Of a stretch of DNA of 40,167 nt, positions 1 to 9,972 are shown piece after piece. The position numbers and the translations under genes are program-made. Each line of letters starts with the position of its first letter. Within the stretch, counting starts at the first letter, position 1. A model generated the notes under the pieces. The model was not told the origin of the DNA. It made no database searches and saw nothing but the letters and a program-made list of their open reading frames with translations. The DNA comes from Rhizobacter sp. GTDB taxonomy: Bacteria > Pseudomonadota > Gammaproteobacteria > Burkholderiales > Burkholderiaceae_C. The stretch lies in assembly GCA_043732605.1 (NCBI GenBank), contig JAYTHL010000175.1, forward strand, positions 1-40,167, in the 5' to 3' direction.

Positions 1-265
1 CCACCGCGACGATGGTGAGCAGACCGAGCTGCCAGGACGTGCGTCCCGCGTACCAGCCGTGGTCGCGCAGGACGTCGTCGACGAGGTCGTGCAGGCGGTG
101 CCGCGCGTTGATCACGATCTCGAGGCAGAACACGGCCTGGACCCAGGCGAGCGTGCGCCAGGCGCGGCTGCCGCGCCGGGCGGCCAGAGCGCAGGCCGCG
201 GCGGCGATCGCGAAGCAGACGATGCCGGTCATCTGGTTCACGTTGCCGATGTCGAGAAGCGGCAT
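1..265 (-). CDS. Hypothetical membrane protein, 3' end outside the window (not in the ORF track)
   Basis: ATG at 265-263, open frame to the window edge: MPLLDIGNVNQMTGIVCFAIAAAACALAARRGSRAWRTLAWVQAVFCLEIVINARHRLHDLVDDVLRDHGWYAGRTSWQLGLLTIVAV. Hydrophobic helices and typical GC3-rich codons. Confidence 0.7.
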   Translation of the reverse strand, partial: MPLLDIGNVNQMTGIVCFAIAAAACALAARRGSRAWRTLAWVQAVFCLEIVINARHRLHDLVDDVLRDHGWYAGRTSWQLGLLTIVAV

Positions 266-301
266 CACGCCGATCCCCGCGAATGGCGTCGAGGCCCGCG
301 C

Positions 302-1699
302 TTGAACGTCGACATCGCTTTCCTCGCCTTCGCGCTCGTGGCGTGGCTGCCGTTTCGGTTCTGCCGGCCGGCCGTCGCCGCGGCGATTGTATTTTTCGCC
401 GGCTGGGTGTTCTTGCCGGTCGGCCACTACGCACCCGGCTCGGCCGAGGCGACCTTCCCGTTCTGGATCACGGGCCTCGCCGTGCCGTCCGACATGCTGC
501 TGACCAAGGCCTGGGTCGCGCCCGTCGCGGCCCTGGTCGGCGCGGCGGCGTTCGACAGCGCTGCGCTGCGCCGTTGTCGGCCCCGCTGGATCGACCTGCC
601 GATGGTCGGGTGGTGCGCGTGGCCGCTCGTGCAGGCGATGCTGCAGTCGCTCGCGACCGGCGTGGTCGCGAGCCCGTCGGGAGCACTCGCGAGCCTGTAC
701 CTCGCCGGCTGCTGGGGCGCGCCGTGGCTGCTCGGCCGCCTCTACTTCGCCACGCCCGAGGGCCTGCGCCTGCTCGCCATGGCGATGACCGGATCGGCGC
801 TCGCCTGCCTGCCGTTCAGCCTCGTCGAGGGCGTCGCCGGCCCGATGCTCTACGACCGCGCCTACGAGCTGCATCCGATGCGCGAGGACGGCATCGAGCG
901 CTACATCGGCTTCCGTCCGCTCGGCTTCTTCGAGGACGGCAACCAGTTCGGCATCTGGATCGCGCTCTGCGCGCTCGCCGCCGTCTGGCTGGCGGTCGTC
1001 GGCAGACACGAGCGCTTCGCGATGCGCTGGCGCGTCGCCGCCATCGTCGTTGTCTCAATGGCCGTCGCCGCCCAGTCGCTCGGCGCGCTGCTGATGCTCG
1101 CGACAGGCGCCGCCTTCCTGTCGCTGTGCAAGTTCCTTCGGCCGCGCGGCACGGCGATCGCGCTGCTCGCGGTCCTGATCCTCGGCGGAGCGGTCTACGT
1201 CTCGGGCATCGTGCCCATCATGCGCATCGGCCGCGACACGGCGATCGGTCGCGAGGTCGTCGAGGCCTTCCGGTCGGTCGGCCGCGGGTCGTTCGCCTGG
1301 CGCGTCTCGCAGGACCAGAAGCTGCTCGCCGATGCGCGCCAGAACATCGTCATCGGCAGCGCGACGTGGGACTGGTGGCGACCGAAGGGCACGCGGCCAT
1401 GGGCACTGTCGATGCTCCTGCTCGGCCAGTTCGGCCTCGTCGGCCTGACGCTCGCGATGGGGTCGCTGCTGTGGCCGGCACTGCGCGTCGCCTGGCGCGC
1501 GCCGCGCGCGAGCGGCTGGCGGCCCGACGGCGTGCAGCTGATGGCCGCGACCGTCATCGTCCTGGCCGCGCTCGACGCCCTGCTCAACGCGTTCTTCTTC
1601 TTCCCCGCGATCGTCGCCGCCGGCGCGCTCGCGGGGTCGGCGGTTGCCGTCGTGCACGCGGGTGGCGAGATCGTCGTCATGCCGGAAAGCGCCGCGTGA
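302..1699 (+). CDS. O-antigen ligase/Wzy-like polytopic membrane protein (putative polysaccharide polymerase)
   Basis: Many TM segments, RYIGFRPLGFFEDGNQFG loop and SFAWR motif. Likely TTG start at 302; the ORF extension from 59 overlaps the minus-strand gene. Confidence 0.65.
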   Translation: MNVDIAFLAFALVAWLPFRFCRPAVAAAIVFFAGWVFLPVGHYAPGSAEATFPFWITGLAVPSDMLLTKAWVAPVAALVGAAAFDSAALRRCRPRWIDLPMVGWCAWPLVQAMLQSLATGVVASPSGALASLYLAGCWGAPWLLGRLYFATPEGLRLLAMAMTGSALACLPFSLVEGVAGPMLYDRAYELHPMREDGIERYIGFRPLGFFEDGNQFGIWIALCALAAVWLAVVGRHERFAMRWRVAAIVVVSMAVAAQSLGALLMLATGAAFLSLCKFLRPRGTAIALLAVLILGGAVYVSGIVPIMRIGRDTAIGREVVEAFRSVGRGSFAWRVSQDQKLLADARQNIVIGSATWDWWRPKGTRPWALSMLLLGQFGLVGLTLAMGSLLWPALRVAWRAPRASGWRPDGVQLMAATVIVLAALDALLNAFFFFPAIVAAGALAGSAVAVVHAGGEIVVMPESAA

Positions 1700-1725
1700 C
1701 GCGGGCGCCATCGAGGAGCAGGGCC

Positions 1726-3399
1726 ATGCGAACGATCGACGACTGGGCGACCTTGCACGCGGGCTTTCGCTGGTCGGTGCCGGCGCACTTCAACATCGCC
1801 GAGGTCTGCTGCACCCGCTGGGCGCGCGACGCGCCCGAGGCCACCGCGATCCGCTACGAGCGCGCCGATGGCTCGCGCCGCGACTTCAGCTATGCCGAGC
1901 TCGACCGCGACGCCGATCGCCTCGCCGCTGCGTTGCGTCGCCTCGGCGTCGTGCGCGGCGACCGCGTCGCGCTCGTCCTGCCGCAGCGCTTCGAGACGGC
2001 GGTCGCGCACATCGCGATCTACCGGCTCGGCGCGGTGGCGATGCCGCTCTCGATGCTGTTCGGCCCCGATGCGCTCGAGTTCCGCCTCAACGACAGCGAG
2101 GCACGGCTGGCGATCGTCGACGAGAGCGGCATCGACAACGTGCGTGAGGCGAGGCCACTCTGCCGCGGGCTCGCGACCGTGATCGCGGTCGGCGCGGCCG
2201 AAGGCCAAGGCGACGTCGACTGGACGCCCGCGTTGGCGGCCGAGCGCGGCCCGTTCGCGGCCGAGACCACGCGCGCCGACGAAGCGGCGGTGCTGATCTA
2301 CACCAGCGGCACGACCGGCCCGCCGAAGGGCACGCTGATCCCGCACCGCGCGCTCGTCGGCAACCTGCCGGGATTCGTCTGCAGCCAGAACTGGTTCCCG
2401 CAGGACGACGCCGTCTTCTGGTCGCCGGCCGATTGGGCGTGGACCGGCGGCCTCATGGACGCGCTGCTGCCGACGCTCTATTTCGGCCGCGAGATCGTCG
2501 CCTGCCAGCGCCGCTTCGCGCCCGACTTCGCCTTCGAGGTGATGGCGCGCCATCGCGTGACGCACACCTTCCTCTTCCCGACCGCGCTGAAGGCGATGAT
2601 GAAGGCGCTGCCCGAGCCTCGGCGTCGCCACGCGCTGCACCTGCGCGCGATCATGAGCGCGGGCGAAGCGGTCGGCGACGCGGTCTTCGCCTGGTGCCGC
2701 GACGCGCTCGGCGTCGTTCCGAACGAGATGTTCGGCCAGACCGAGATCAACTACATCGTCGGCAACTGCGCCGTGCGCTGGCCGGCGCGGCCGGGAAGCA
2801 TGGGTCGTGCGTATCCGGGGCATCGCATCGCGGTGATCGACGACGACGGCCGCGAATGCGCGCGCGGCACGCCGGGCGACGTCGCGCTGCACCGCCGCGA
2901 CATCCACGGCGAGCGCGATCCGATCTTCTTCCTCGGCTACTGGAAGCGCGACGACGCGACGCGCGCCAAGTTCACCGGCGAGGTCGACGACAGCTGGTGC
3001 CGCACCGGCGACACGGCCGTCATGGACGACGACGGCTACCTCTGGTACCAGGGCCGCAGCGATGACGTCTTCAAGGCCGCCGGCTACCGCATCGGCCCGA
3101 GCGAGATCGAGAACTGCCTGGTCAAGCACGCGGCGGTCGCCAACGCCGCGGTCGTGCCCAAGCCCGATGCCGAACGCGGCGCGCTGGTCAAGGCCTTCGT
3201 CGTGCTCGCGGCCGGATTCGCCGCGTCGGCCGAGCTCGTCGTCGAGCTGCAGGCACATGTGCGCGGCAAGCTCGCGCCCTACGAATATCCCAAGGAGATC
3301 GAGTTCATCGAGGCCTTGCCGATGACGACGACCGGCAAGGTGCAGCGCCGCGTGCTGCGCCTTCTCGAGGAAGAAAAAGCAAAGGCGCCGCGGTCGTGA
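1726..3399 (+). CDS. AMP-dependent acyl-CoA synthetase (medium-chain/acetate-CoA ligase-like)
   Basis: YTSGTTGPPKG, FGQTE, TGD, GRSDD and PMTTTGK motifs; AGGAG RBS before ATG 1726. Confidence 0.92.
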   Translation: MRTIDDWATLHAGFRWSVPAHFNIAEVCCTRWARDAPEATAIRYERADGSRRDFSYAELDRDADRLAAALRRLGVVRGDRVALVLPQRFETAVAHIAIYRLGAVAMPLSMLFGPDALEFRLNDSEARLAIVDESGIDNVREARPLCRGLATVIAVGAAEGQGDVDWTPALAAERGPFAAETTRADEAAVLIYTSGTTGPPKGTLIPHRALVGNLPGFVCSQNWFPQDDAVFWSPADWAWTGGLMDALLPTLYFGREIVACQRRFAPDFAFEVMARHRVTHTFLFPTALKAMMKALPEPRRRHALHLRAIMSAGEAVGDAVFAWCRDALGVVPNEMFGQTEINYIVGNCAVRWPARPGSMGRAYPGHRIAVIDDDGRECARGTPGDVALHRRDIHGERDPIFFLGYWKRDDATRAKFTGEVDDSWCRTGDTAVMDDDGYLWYQGRSDDVFKAAGYRIGPSEIENCLVKHAAVANAAVVPKPDAERGALVKAFVVLAAGFAASAELVVELQAHVRGKLAPYEYPKEIEFIEALPMTTTGKVQRRVLRLLEEEKAKAPRS

Positions 3400-3432
3400 C
3401 GACCGGCGGCGCCTTCTGCGCGGTAACGCTGC

Positions 3433-3873
3433 TTACTTGACCTGGCCGCGCAGCTCGCCGCCCGGGTTCGCGGCGGTGTGCAGGTTGACGTACCACAGGC
3501 CCGCCTTCAGGTCGGCGACCTGCGCCGCGGTGAGCGTCGCGGTGCCGGTGATCGGGCTCGAGATCGGGCCGGGGAAGGGCACGACGACGCCGGCATTGGC
3601 GCCCGTCATGGCCGGGCCGTGGAAGTGGCCGGCGGTGACCGGTCCGGTCGTGCCCGAGTACGTCACGGTCCACTTGAGGACGTTGCTGTCGAGGTCGACC
3701 TTGGCGGTGCCGGTGCCGGTGCTCGCGTTCGGCGGCACTTCGTTCGCGCCCGCCATGGGCACGCTCATGGTGTTGCCCATCATTGCGCCCGGCGAGCCCA
3801 TCATGCCGCAGCCGGCGACGACGAGAGCACCGGCGGCGAGGGCGGTGGCGAGGGCGATGCGACGATTGATCAT
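3433..3873 (-). CDS. CHRD domain lipoprotein
   Basis: Lipobox VVAGC; GANEVPP, HFHGPA and YVNLHTAANPGGELRGQ motifs; AGGAG RBS. Confidence 0.88.
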   Translation of the reverse strand: MINRRIALATALAAGALVVAGCGMMGSPGAMMGNTMSVPMAGANEVPPNASTGTGTAKVDLDSNVLKWTVTYSGTTGPVTAGHFHGPAMTGANAGVVVPFPGPISSPITGTATLTAAQVADLKAGLWYVNLHTAANPGGELRGQVK

Positions 3874-4003
3874 GGTGTCTCCTGGTGTTGCAAGCTGGCC
3901 GCGACGGTGCTCGACGCGGAGTGGCGGCGATCATAGTGGGTTCACGCCGGATCGAGGTCACGACACGGATATGCTCGGTCCCCGCAGCAACGGAGCAAAC
4001 GAC

Positions 4004-5002
4004 GTGCCCTCCAGCCTCCGCTCCCCCGATCGGCGTCGCCTCGTCGCCCTGATGGCCGCCGGCGCGCTCGCCCCCGCGACCTCTCGCGCCGAACCGTGGC
4101 CCGCGCGCCCGATCCGCGTCCTGATCGGCGTGCCCGCCGGCGGCACGCAGGACGTGCTGACCCGCGCCATCGCCGATGCGCTGAAGACCTCGCTCGGGCC
4201 GATCATCATCGACAACCGCGGCGGCGCCGCCGGGAGGATCGCGGTCGATGTCGTCAAGACGGCCGAGCCCGACGGCTACACGCTGCTCCTCGGAACCGCG
4301 GGGATGATGACGATGTTCCCGAGCGCCTACAAGAAGCTCGGCTACGACCCGCAGAAGGACTTCGTGCCGATCGTCAACGCCGCCAGTTTCGAGCTCGCGA
4401 TGACCGTCAACGCCGCCGTGCCGGCCACGACCGTGCCGGAGTTCGTCGCCTGGGCGCGCACGCAGGGAGCCGACGGCAGCAACGTCAGCTTCGCGTCGTA
4501 CGGCGCGGGCACGCCGTCGCACTTCCTCGGCGAGATGCTCAACCGCGCGACGGGACTGAAGATGGTCCACGTGCCCTACAAGGGCTCGACGCCGGCGCGC
4601 CAGGACGTGATGGGCGGCATCGTGCCCCTCTACTTCGACACCGTCGGCGGCGCCTTGCAGATGCTCCCCACGAAGCGCGTCAGGGTGCTCGCGACCAGCG
4701 GCGCGAAGCGCTCGCCGCCGATGCCCGCCGTGCCGACGCTGGTCGAGCTGGGCTACCAGGACGTGATCGCGACGGCGTGGTTCGCGTATTTCGCGCCGGC
4801 AAAGACCCCGCCGGCGATCGTCGAGCGCCTGCGCGCCGAGTTCCTGCGCGCCGTCAATTCGCGCGAGGTGCGCTCGCAGCTCCTCGTCAACGGCATGTAT
4901 CCGGTCGGCGACGGGCCAGAGGTGCTCGTCAGGACCATGCGCGACGACACCGAGCGCTGGAGAAAGATCATGCGCACGACCAACTTCAGCGCGAGCGACT
5001 GA
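4004..5002 (+). CDS. Tripartite tricarboxylate transporter substrate-binding protein (Bug/TctC family)
   Basis: WPARPIRVLIGVPAGG, DNRGGAAG, PDGYTLL, HVPYKG. GTG 4004 has a GGAG RBS (alternative ATG 3971). RRR signal-like N-terminus. Confidence 0.9.
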   Translation: MPSSLRSPDRRRLVALMAAGALAPATSRAEPWPARPIRVLIGVPAGGTQDVLTRAIADALKTSLGPIIIDNRGGAAGRIAVDVVKTAEPDGYTLLLGTAGMMTMFPSAYKKLGYDPQKDFVPIVNAASFELAMTVNAAVPATTVPEFVAWARTQGADGSNVSFASYGAGTPSHFLGEMLNRATGLKMVHVPYKGSTPARQDVMGGIVPLYFDTVGGALQMLPTKRVRVLATSGAKRSPPMPAVPTLVELGYQDVIATAWFAYFAPAKTPPAIVERLRAEFLRAVNSREVRSQLLVNGMYPVGDGPEVLVRTMRDDTERWRKIMRTTNFSASD

Positions 5003-5019
5003 GCGTCCTGCGCGAGCGC

Positions 5020-6327
5020 ATGAAGCGACCCAACATCGTCTACATCGTCGCCGACGATCTCGGCTTCGCCGACCTCGGCTGCTACGGCGGCCGGGCGCCC
5101 GTGTCGCCGGTGCTCGACCGGCTCGCCGAGGACGGCGTCCGCTTCACCCAGGGCTACGCCAACTCGCCGGTCTGCTCGCCGACGCGCTTCGCGCTCATGA
5201 CCGGCCGCTACCAGTACCGCCTGCGCGGCGCAGCCGAGGAGCCGATCAACAGCAAGAGCCGCGGCAGCACGACGCTCGGCCTGCCGCCCGAGCATCCGAC
5301 GCTGCCGTCGCTGCTCAAGGCGGCCGGCTACCGCACCGCGCTCGCCGGCAAGTGGCACCTCGGCTATCCGCCCGCGTTCGGGCCGCTGCGCTCGGGCTAC
5401 GACGAGTTCTTCGGGCCGATGTCGGGCGGCGTCGACTACTTCACCCACTGCGATTCGCGCGGCACGCACGACCTCTGGCAGGGCGAGGCCGAGCACGTCG
5501 AGTCCGGCTACCTGACCGACCTGATCTCGGCGCGCGCCGTCGACTGCATCGGCCGCTTCGGCGGCGCGAAGGATGCGCCGTTCTTCCTCAGCGTCCACTA
5601 CACCGCGCCGCACTGGCCGTGGGAAACGCGTGCCGACGAAGCGCTCGCCGCCGAGGTCGCGGACAACCTCTTCCACCTGCACGGCGGCAACATCCACACC
5701 TACCGGACGATGATCGAGCAGATGGACGAGGGCATCGGCGACATCATGGCGGCGCTCGTCGCGCAGGGCGTCGACGACGACACGCTCGTCGTCTTCACGA
5801 GCGACAACGGCGGCGAGCGCTTCAGCGACAGCTGGCCGCTGGTCGGCGGCAAGATGGACCTCACCGAAGGCGGCATCCGCGTGCCGTGGATCGCGCACTG
5901 GCCGAACGGCATCGCCGCGGGCGCGACGAGCGAGCAGCTGTGCATGACGATGGACTGGACGGCGACGATGCTCGAGGCCGCCGGCGTCGCCGCCGATCCG
6001 GCGTATCCGCTCGACGGCGTCTCGCTGATGGGCGTTCTCGGCGAACCGCCGCGCACCTTCGAGCGGCCGCTTCACTGGCGCATGAACCATCGCGGCCAGC
6101 GCGCGCTGCGCCAGGGTTCGTGGAAATACCTGCGCGTCGACGGCCACGACTACCTCTTCGACCTCGACGCCGACGAGCGCGAGCGCGCCAACCGCGGCAA
6201 GCGCGAGCCCGATCGTCTGGCCGCGATGCGCGCCGACTGGGAAGCGTGGAACGCGACCATGCCGCCGATCCCCGGCGACGCGACCGTCAGCCTCGGCTAC
6301 GGCGCGGCCGACATGCCGCAGCGCTAG
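5020..6327 (+). CDS. Formylglycine-dependent (Cys-type) sulfatase
   Basis: PNIVYIVADDLG, CSPTR signature, GKWHLG, TSDNG, EGGIRVP. Confidence 0.92.
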   Translation: MKRPNIVYIVADDLGFADLGCYGGRAPVSPVLDRLAEDGVRFTQGYANSPVCSPTRFALMTGRYQYRLRGAAEEPINSKSRGSTTLGLPPEHPTLPSLLKAAGYRTALAGKWHLGYPPAFGPLRSGYDEFFGPMSGGVDYFTHCDSRGTHDLWQGEAEHVESGYLTDLISARAVDCIGRFGGAKDAPFFLSVHYTAPHWPWETRADEALAAEVADNLFHLHGGNIHTYRTMIEQMDEGIGDIMAALVAQGVDDDTLVVFTSDNGGERFSDSWPLVGGKMDLTEGGIRVPWIAHWPNGIAAGATSEQLCMTMDWTATMLEAAGVAADPAYPLDGVSLMGVLGEPPRTFERPLHWRMNHRGQRALRQGSWKYLRVDGHDYLFDLDADERERANRGKREPDRLAAMRADWEAWNATMPPIPGDATVSLGYGAADMPQR

Positions 6328-6353
6328 CCGCCACCCGACGCTGTCTCGCCGCG

Positions 6354-6788
6354 ATGAAGTCCTCCGATCCCCACGATCTCGAGCGCTTCGTCGTCGCGCA
6401 GAAAGACGTCTACGAGCAGGTGCTTGGCGAACTCGCGCGCGGCGAGAAGGCGAGCCACTGGATGTGGTTCGTCTTCCCGCAGCTCAAGGCGCTCGGTCGG
6501 AGCGGCACGGCGAAGCGCTTCGGCATCGCGTCGCGCGCCGAGGCCGCGGCCTATCTCGCGCATCCGCTGCTCGGAGCGCGTCTGCTCGACTGCACGCGGC
6601 TGATGCTCTTCGTCGAGGGCAAGACGGCGCTCCAAGTGCTGGGCTCGCCGGACGACCTCAAGTTCCGCTCGTCGATGACGCTCTTCGCCGCGCTCGACCC
6701 GACGGCGCCGGAGTTCCAGCTCGCGCTGGCGAAGTATTACGCTGGCGCGGCGGACGACGAGACGCTTCGTCTGCTCGGCAAAGCCTAG
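6354..6788 (+). CDS. DUF1810 family protein
   Basis: DLERFVVAQ...GEKASHWMWFVFPQ...YLAHPLLGARL...DDLKFRSSMTLF. Confidence 0.88.
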   Translation: MKSSDPHDLERFVVAQKDVYEQVLGELARGEKASHWMWFVFPQLKALGRSGTAKRFGIASRAEAAAYLAHPLLGARLLDCTRLMLFVEGKTALQVLGSPDDLKFRSSMTLFAALDPTAPEFQLALAKYYAGAADDETLRLLGKA

Positions 6789-6886
6789 AGCCGCGATCGG
6801 GCGGCGCGGGAAAGCTGGCGACGATCGAGCGGCGCGGCAGGCGGCACCCGGCCGGGGCTCTGGCGGGCACAAACAACGCGCCCGAG

Positions 6887-7963
6887 TCACTCGACCGCAA
6901 GCACCCCGCGTCGCACCTGGTCCTGCTCGATCGATTGGAACAGCGCCTTGAAGTTGCCCTCACCGAAGCCGTCGTCGCCCTTCCTCTGGATGAACTCGAA
7001 GAACACCGGCCCGAGCAGCGGCTGCGAGAAGATCTGCAGCAAGAGGCGCGGAGTGCCCTTGTCGGTGTTGCCGTCGAGCAGGATGGCGCGCGTCTGCAGC
7101 TCCGAGACGCGCTCGCCGTGTCCGGGCAGGCGCTGCTCGAGCTGCTGGTAATACACGTCGTTCGGCGCCGCGAGCAGCGGCACGCCGGCGAGCGCGAGCT
7201 TGTCGATCGTGCCGACGAGATCGTCGGTGAGGAGCGCCACGTGCTGGATGCCTTCGCCCTGGAACTGCATCAGGAACTCCTCGATCTGGCCCGACCCCTT
7301 CGATGATTCCTCGTTCAGCGGGATGCGAATCTTGCCGTCGGGCGCGGTCATCGCTTTCGACGTGAGGCCGGTGTATTCGCCCTGGATGTCGAAGTAGCGG
7401 ATCTCGCGGAAGTTGAAGAGGCGCTCGTAGAAGTCGGCCCAGAACGACATCCGGCCGCGGTAGACGTTGTGCGTCAGGTGGTCGACGACCGTGAGGCCGT
7501 GGCCGACCGGATGGCGATCGACGCCGTCGACGAACTCGAAGTCGATGTCGTAGATCGAGCGGCCTTCCTCGAAGCGGTCGATCAGGTAGAGCGGCGCGCC
7601 GCCGATGCCCTTGATGGCAGGCAGGCGCAGCTCCATCGGCCCGGTCGGCACGTCGAGTGGCTGCGCGCCCGCCTCGAGCGCGAGCCGGTAGGCCTTGTGC
7701 GCGTCCTTGACGCGAAACGCCAGGCCGCAGGCCGACGGCCCGTGCTCGGCGGCGAAGTAGGCGGCCAGGCTCTTCGGCTCGCGGTTGACGATGAAGTTGA
7801 TGCCGCCCTGCCGATACAGCACGACGTCCTTCGAGCGATGGTGCGCGACCAGCGTGAAGCCGAGCTTCTCGAACACCGGTTCGAGCGTGCCCGCGACAGG
7901 CGCCGCGAACTCGACGAACTCGAAGCCCATCAGCCCCATCGGGTTGTCGTACAGATCCGCCAT
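6887..7963 (-). CDS. hppD: 4-hydroxyphenylpyruvate dioxygenase
   Basis: [50 protein letters not shown]; GGAGG RBS upstream of ATG 7963. Confidence 0.95.
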   Translation of the reverse strand: MADLYDNPMGLMGFEFVEFAAPVAGTLEPVFEKLGFTLVAHHRSKDVVLYRQGGINFIVNREPKSLAAYFAAEHGPSACGLAFRVKDAHKAYRLALEAGAQPLDVPTGPMELRLPAIKGIGGAPLYLIDRFEEGRSIYDIDFEFVDGVDRHPVGHGLTVVDHLTHNVYRGRMSFWADFYERLFNFREIRYFDIQGEYTGLTSKAMTAPDGKIRIPLNEESSKGSGQIEEFLMQFQGEGIQHVALLTDDLVGTIDKLALAGVPLLAAPNDVYYQQLEQRLPGHGERVSELQTRAILLDGNTDKGTPRLLLQIFSQPLLGPVFFEFIQRKGDDGFGEGNFKALFQSIEQDQVRRGVLAVE

Positions 7964-8079
7964 CTCGTCCTCCATGTCGCGCTGCGAGCGCATGGTGCCA
8001 GAAGGCCCGCCGCCTGCACGCCGCACCGCGATTGCCGCTGTACAGTGAGCGTCTTCTTCGCCTCGATTCGGAGCAGGGC

Positions 8080-8595
8080 ATGGGACTTCTCGACATCCTC
8101 AAGCAGTACGCCGATCCGGCCGCCGCCCAGACCGGCAACGTCGCCGGCCACTTCGACCAGGTCGCGCAGGACACCTCGGTCCAGGACCTCGGCAACAGCA
8201 TCGCGGCGGCGTTCCGCTCCGACGCGACGCCGCCGTTCGGGCAGATGGTCGGCGATCTCTTCGGCAAGTCCGATCCGACCCAGCGTGCGGGCATCCTCAA
8301 CCAGATCGTGCAGTCGGTCGGCGCTGGCGGGCTGGCATCGATCGCCGGCGGCGTGCTCGGTCGTGTCCTCGGGCCGGCTGCGGCATCGGGCACCGCACCG
8401 CAGATCACGCCCGAGCAGGCATCGCAGATCTCGCCCGCCGACGCCGGCGCGCTCGCCGCGCATGCCGAGAAGCAGAACCCGTCGATCGTCGACATGGCCG
8501 CCTCGTTCTACGCACAGCATCCGACGCTGGTGAAGAGCCTGGGCGCGTCGGCGCTGGCGATCGCGCTCGGTCATCTGCACGGCAGCCAACGCTGA
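8080..8595 (+). CDS. Conserved hypothetical protein (YidB/DUF937-like)
   Basis: MGLLDIL start; [14 protein letters not shown] and [13 protein letters not shown] motifs; good codon usage. Confidence 0.7.
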   Translation: MGLLDILKQYADPAAAQTGNVAGHFDQVAQDTSVQDLGNSIAAAFRSDATPPFGQMVGDLFGKSDPTQRAGILNQIVQSVGAGGLASIAGGVLGRVLGPAAASGTAPQITPEQASQISPADAGALAAHAEKQNPSIVDMAASFYAQHPTLVKSLGASALAIALGHLHGSQR

Positions 8596-8751
8596 GCTCG
8601 CGCCGTTCGGCGCCTCGTCGAGCTTGTCGCGGACAAATGCCAAGGCGCCCCCGGCGGAACGCCCGCGGGCCGATGGGATACTCGCGGCACGCTTCTTGAG
8701 TGCCGCCCGGCACCGGGAACACCCTGTGGCAACGACCTCCGGAGTTCATCG

Positions 8752-9972
8752 ATGACCGAATCGCTCACCGTGCTGCGCAGACGACAACTTCTCGTCGGAG
8801 GCGCAGGCCTGCTGGCCGGCGCCGGCCTCGTCGGCCGTGTCGGCGATGCCGCGGCGCAAGCGTCCGCGCCTGCGGCGACCGCACCGCGGCCGTTGCCGGC
8901 GTATGTCGCCTGGAAGGATCCGAACGCGGTCATCGTCCACAGCGCGACGACGATCGAGACCCGGCGCAGCGCCTTCGGCACGAGCGGCATCACGCCTGCC
9001 GAGCAGCTCTACATCCGCAACAACCTGCCCGCGCCCGACGCCGCCATCGTCGCCGATCGCGATGCCTGGCAGGTGGTGTTCGAAGGCGTGCGCAATCCGC
9101 GCACGATCAGCGTCGGCGAGCTGAAGACGATGGGCGTCGAGACCGTCGCGACGGTGCTCCAGTGCTCGGGCAACGGCCGTGGCTTCTTCCCGAGCAAGCC
9201 CGCCGGAACGCCGTGGACGGTGGGCGCGGCGGGCTGCGTCGTCTGGAGCGGCGTGCCGCTGCGCTACGTCGTCGAAGCGCTCGGTGGTCTGACGCCGGGG
9301 ATGCTCTATCTCACCGGCACCGGCGGCGAGAAGCTGCCCGACGGCGTCGATCCGCTCTCGGTGCTGGTCGAGCGCTCGGTCGCCGTCGGCGCCCTGAACG
9401 ACGCGCTCCTCGCCTGGGAGATGAACGGCGCGGCGCTGCCGCTCGCGCACGGCGGGCCGCTGCGGCTGATCGTGCCTGGCTATCAGGGCGTCAACAACAT
9501 CAAGTACGTGAAGCGGGTCGCCTTCACCGCGGCCGAGTCGCAGGCCAAGATCATGACCCACGGCTACCGCATCACGCCGCTCGGCGGCACCTCGAATCCG
9601 GCCGAGCCGTCGGTCCAGGAGATGGGCGTCAAGTCGTGGGTCAACTCGCCCAACGCCGATCGCCGCGCGAAGGCCGGGATCGTGCAGGTCACCGGCGTCG
9701 CCTTCTCGTCCGGTGCGCCGATCCGCCGGGTCGAGGTGTCGAGCAACGGCGGTCGCGACTGGTCCGATGCCTCCTTCATCGGCCCCGACCTCGGCCGCTT
9801 CGCCTGGCGCCAGTTCGCGCTGCCGATGCGCATGGCGACGGGCAACTACGTGATGGTCAGCCGCGCCACCGATGCCGCCGGCAACGTCCAGCCAGAGCAG
9901 CGGCTCGAGAACCTGCACGGCTACAACAACACGAGCTGGGCCGACCACGCGGTGAAGGTCGTCGTTGTCTAG
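8752..9972 (+). CDS. sorT: Periplasmic sulfite dehydrogenase, molybdopterin subunit (sulfite oxidase family, SorT-like)
   Basis: Tat signal LRRRQLL; YIRNN; Mo-ligand LQCSGNGR; HGGPLRLIVPG; RVEVS and C-terminal dimerisation domain. Confidence 0.88.
   Translation: MTESLTVLRRRQLLVGGAGLLAGAGLVGRVGDAAAQASAPAATAPRPLPAYVAWKDPNAVIVHSATTIETRRSAFGTSGITPAEQLYIRNNLPAPDAAIVADRDAWQVVFEGVRNPRTISVGELKTMGVETVATVLQCSGNGRGFFPSKPAGTPWTVGAAGCVVWSGVPLRYVVEALGGLTPGMLYLTGTGGEKLPDGVDPLSVLVERSVAVGALNDALLAWEMNGAALPLAHGGPLRLIVPGYQGVNNIKYVKRVAFTAAESQAKIMTHGYRITPLGGTSNPAEPSVQEMGVKSWVNSPNADRRAKAGIVQVTGVAFSSGAPIRRVEVSSNGGRDWSDASFIGPDLGRFAWRQFALPMRMATGNYVMVSRATDAAGNVQPEQRLENLHGYNNTSWADHAVKVVVV

Noticed and set aside
283-1725. 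1038-aa ORF suggesting a long N-terminal extension on the acyl-CoA synthetase
   Set aside because: The extension is Arg/Pro-rich off-frame translation over the membrane-protein gene. The real start at 1726 has its own RBS. The same applies to ORFs 4096, 5352, 17404, 24550, 37680 and 36712-38550.
6794-6837. 16-nt imperfect direct repeat CGATCG(G/A)GCGGCGCGG, two copies 28 nt apart
   Set aside because: Only two GC-rich copies with a 12-nt spacer; not a CRISPR array and plausibly chance.
8596-8751. Moco riboswitch upstream of the molybdoenzyme
   Set aside because: Hairpins are present, but I could not match the Moco RNA consensus by eye. An Rfam scan would settle it.
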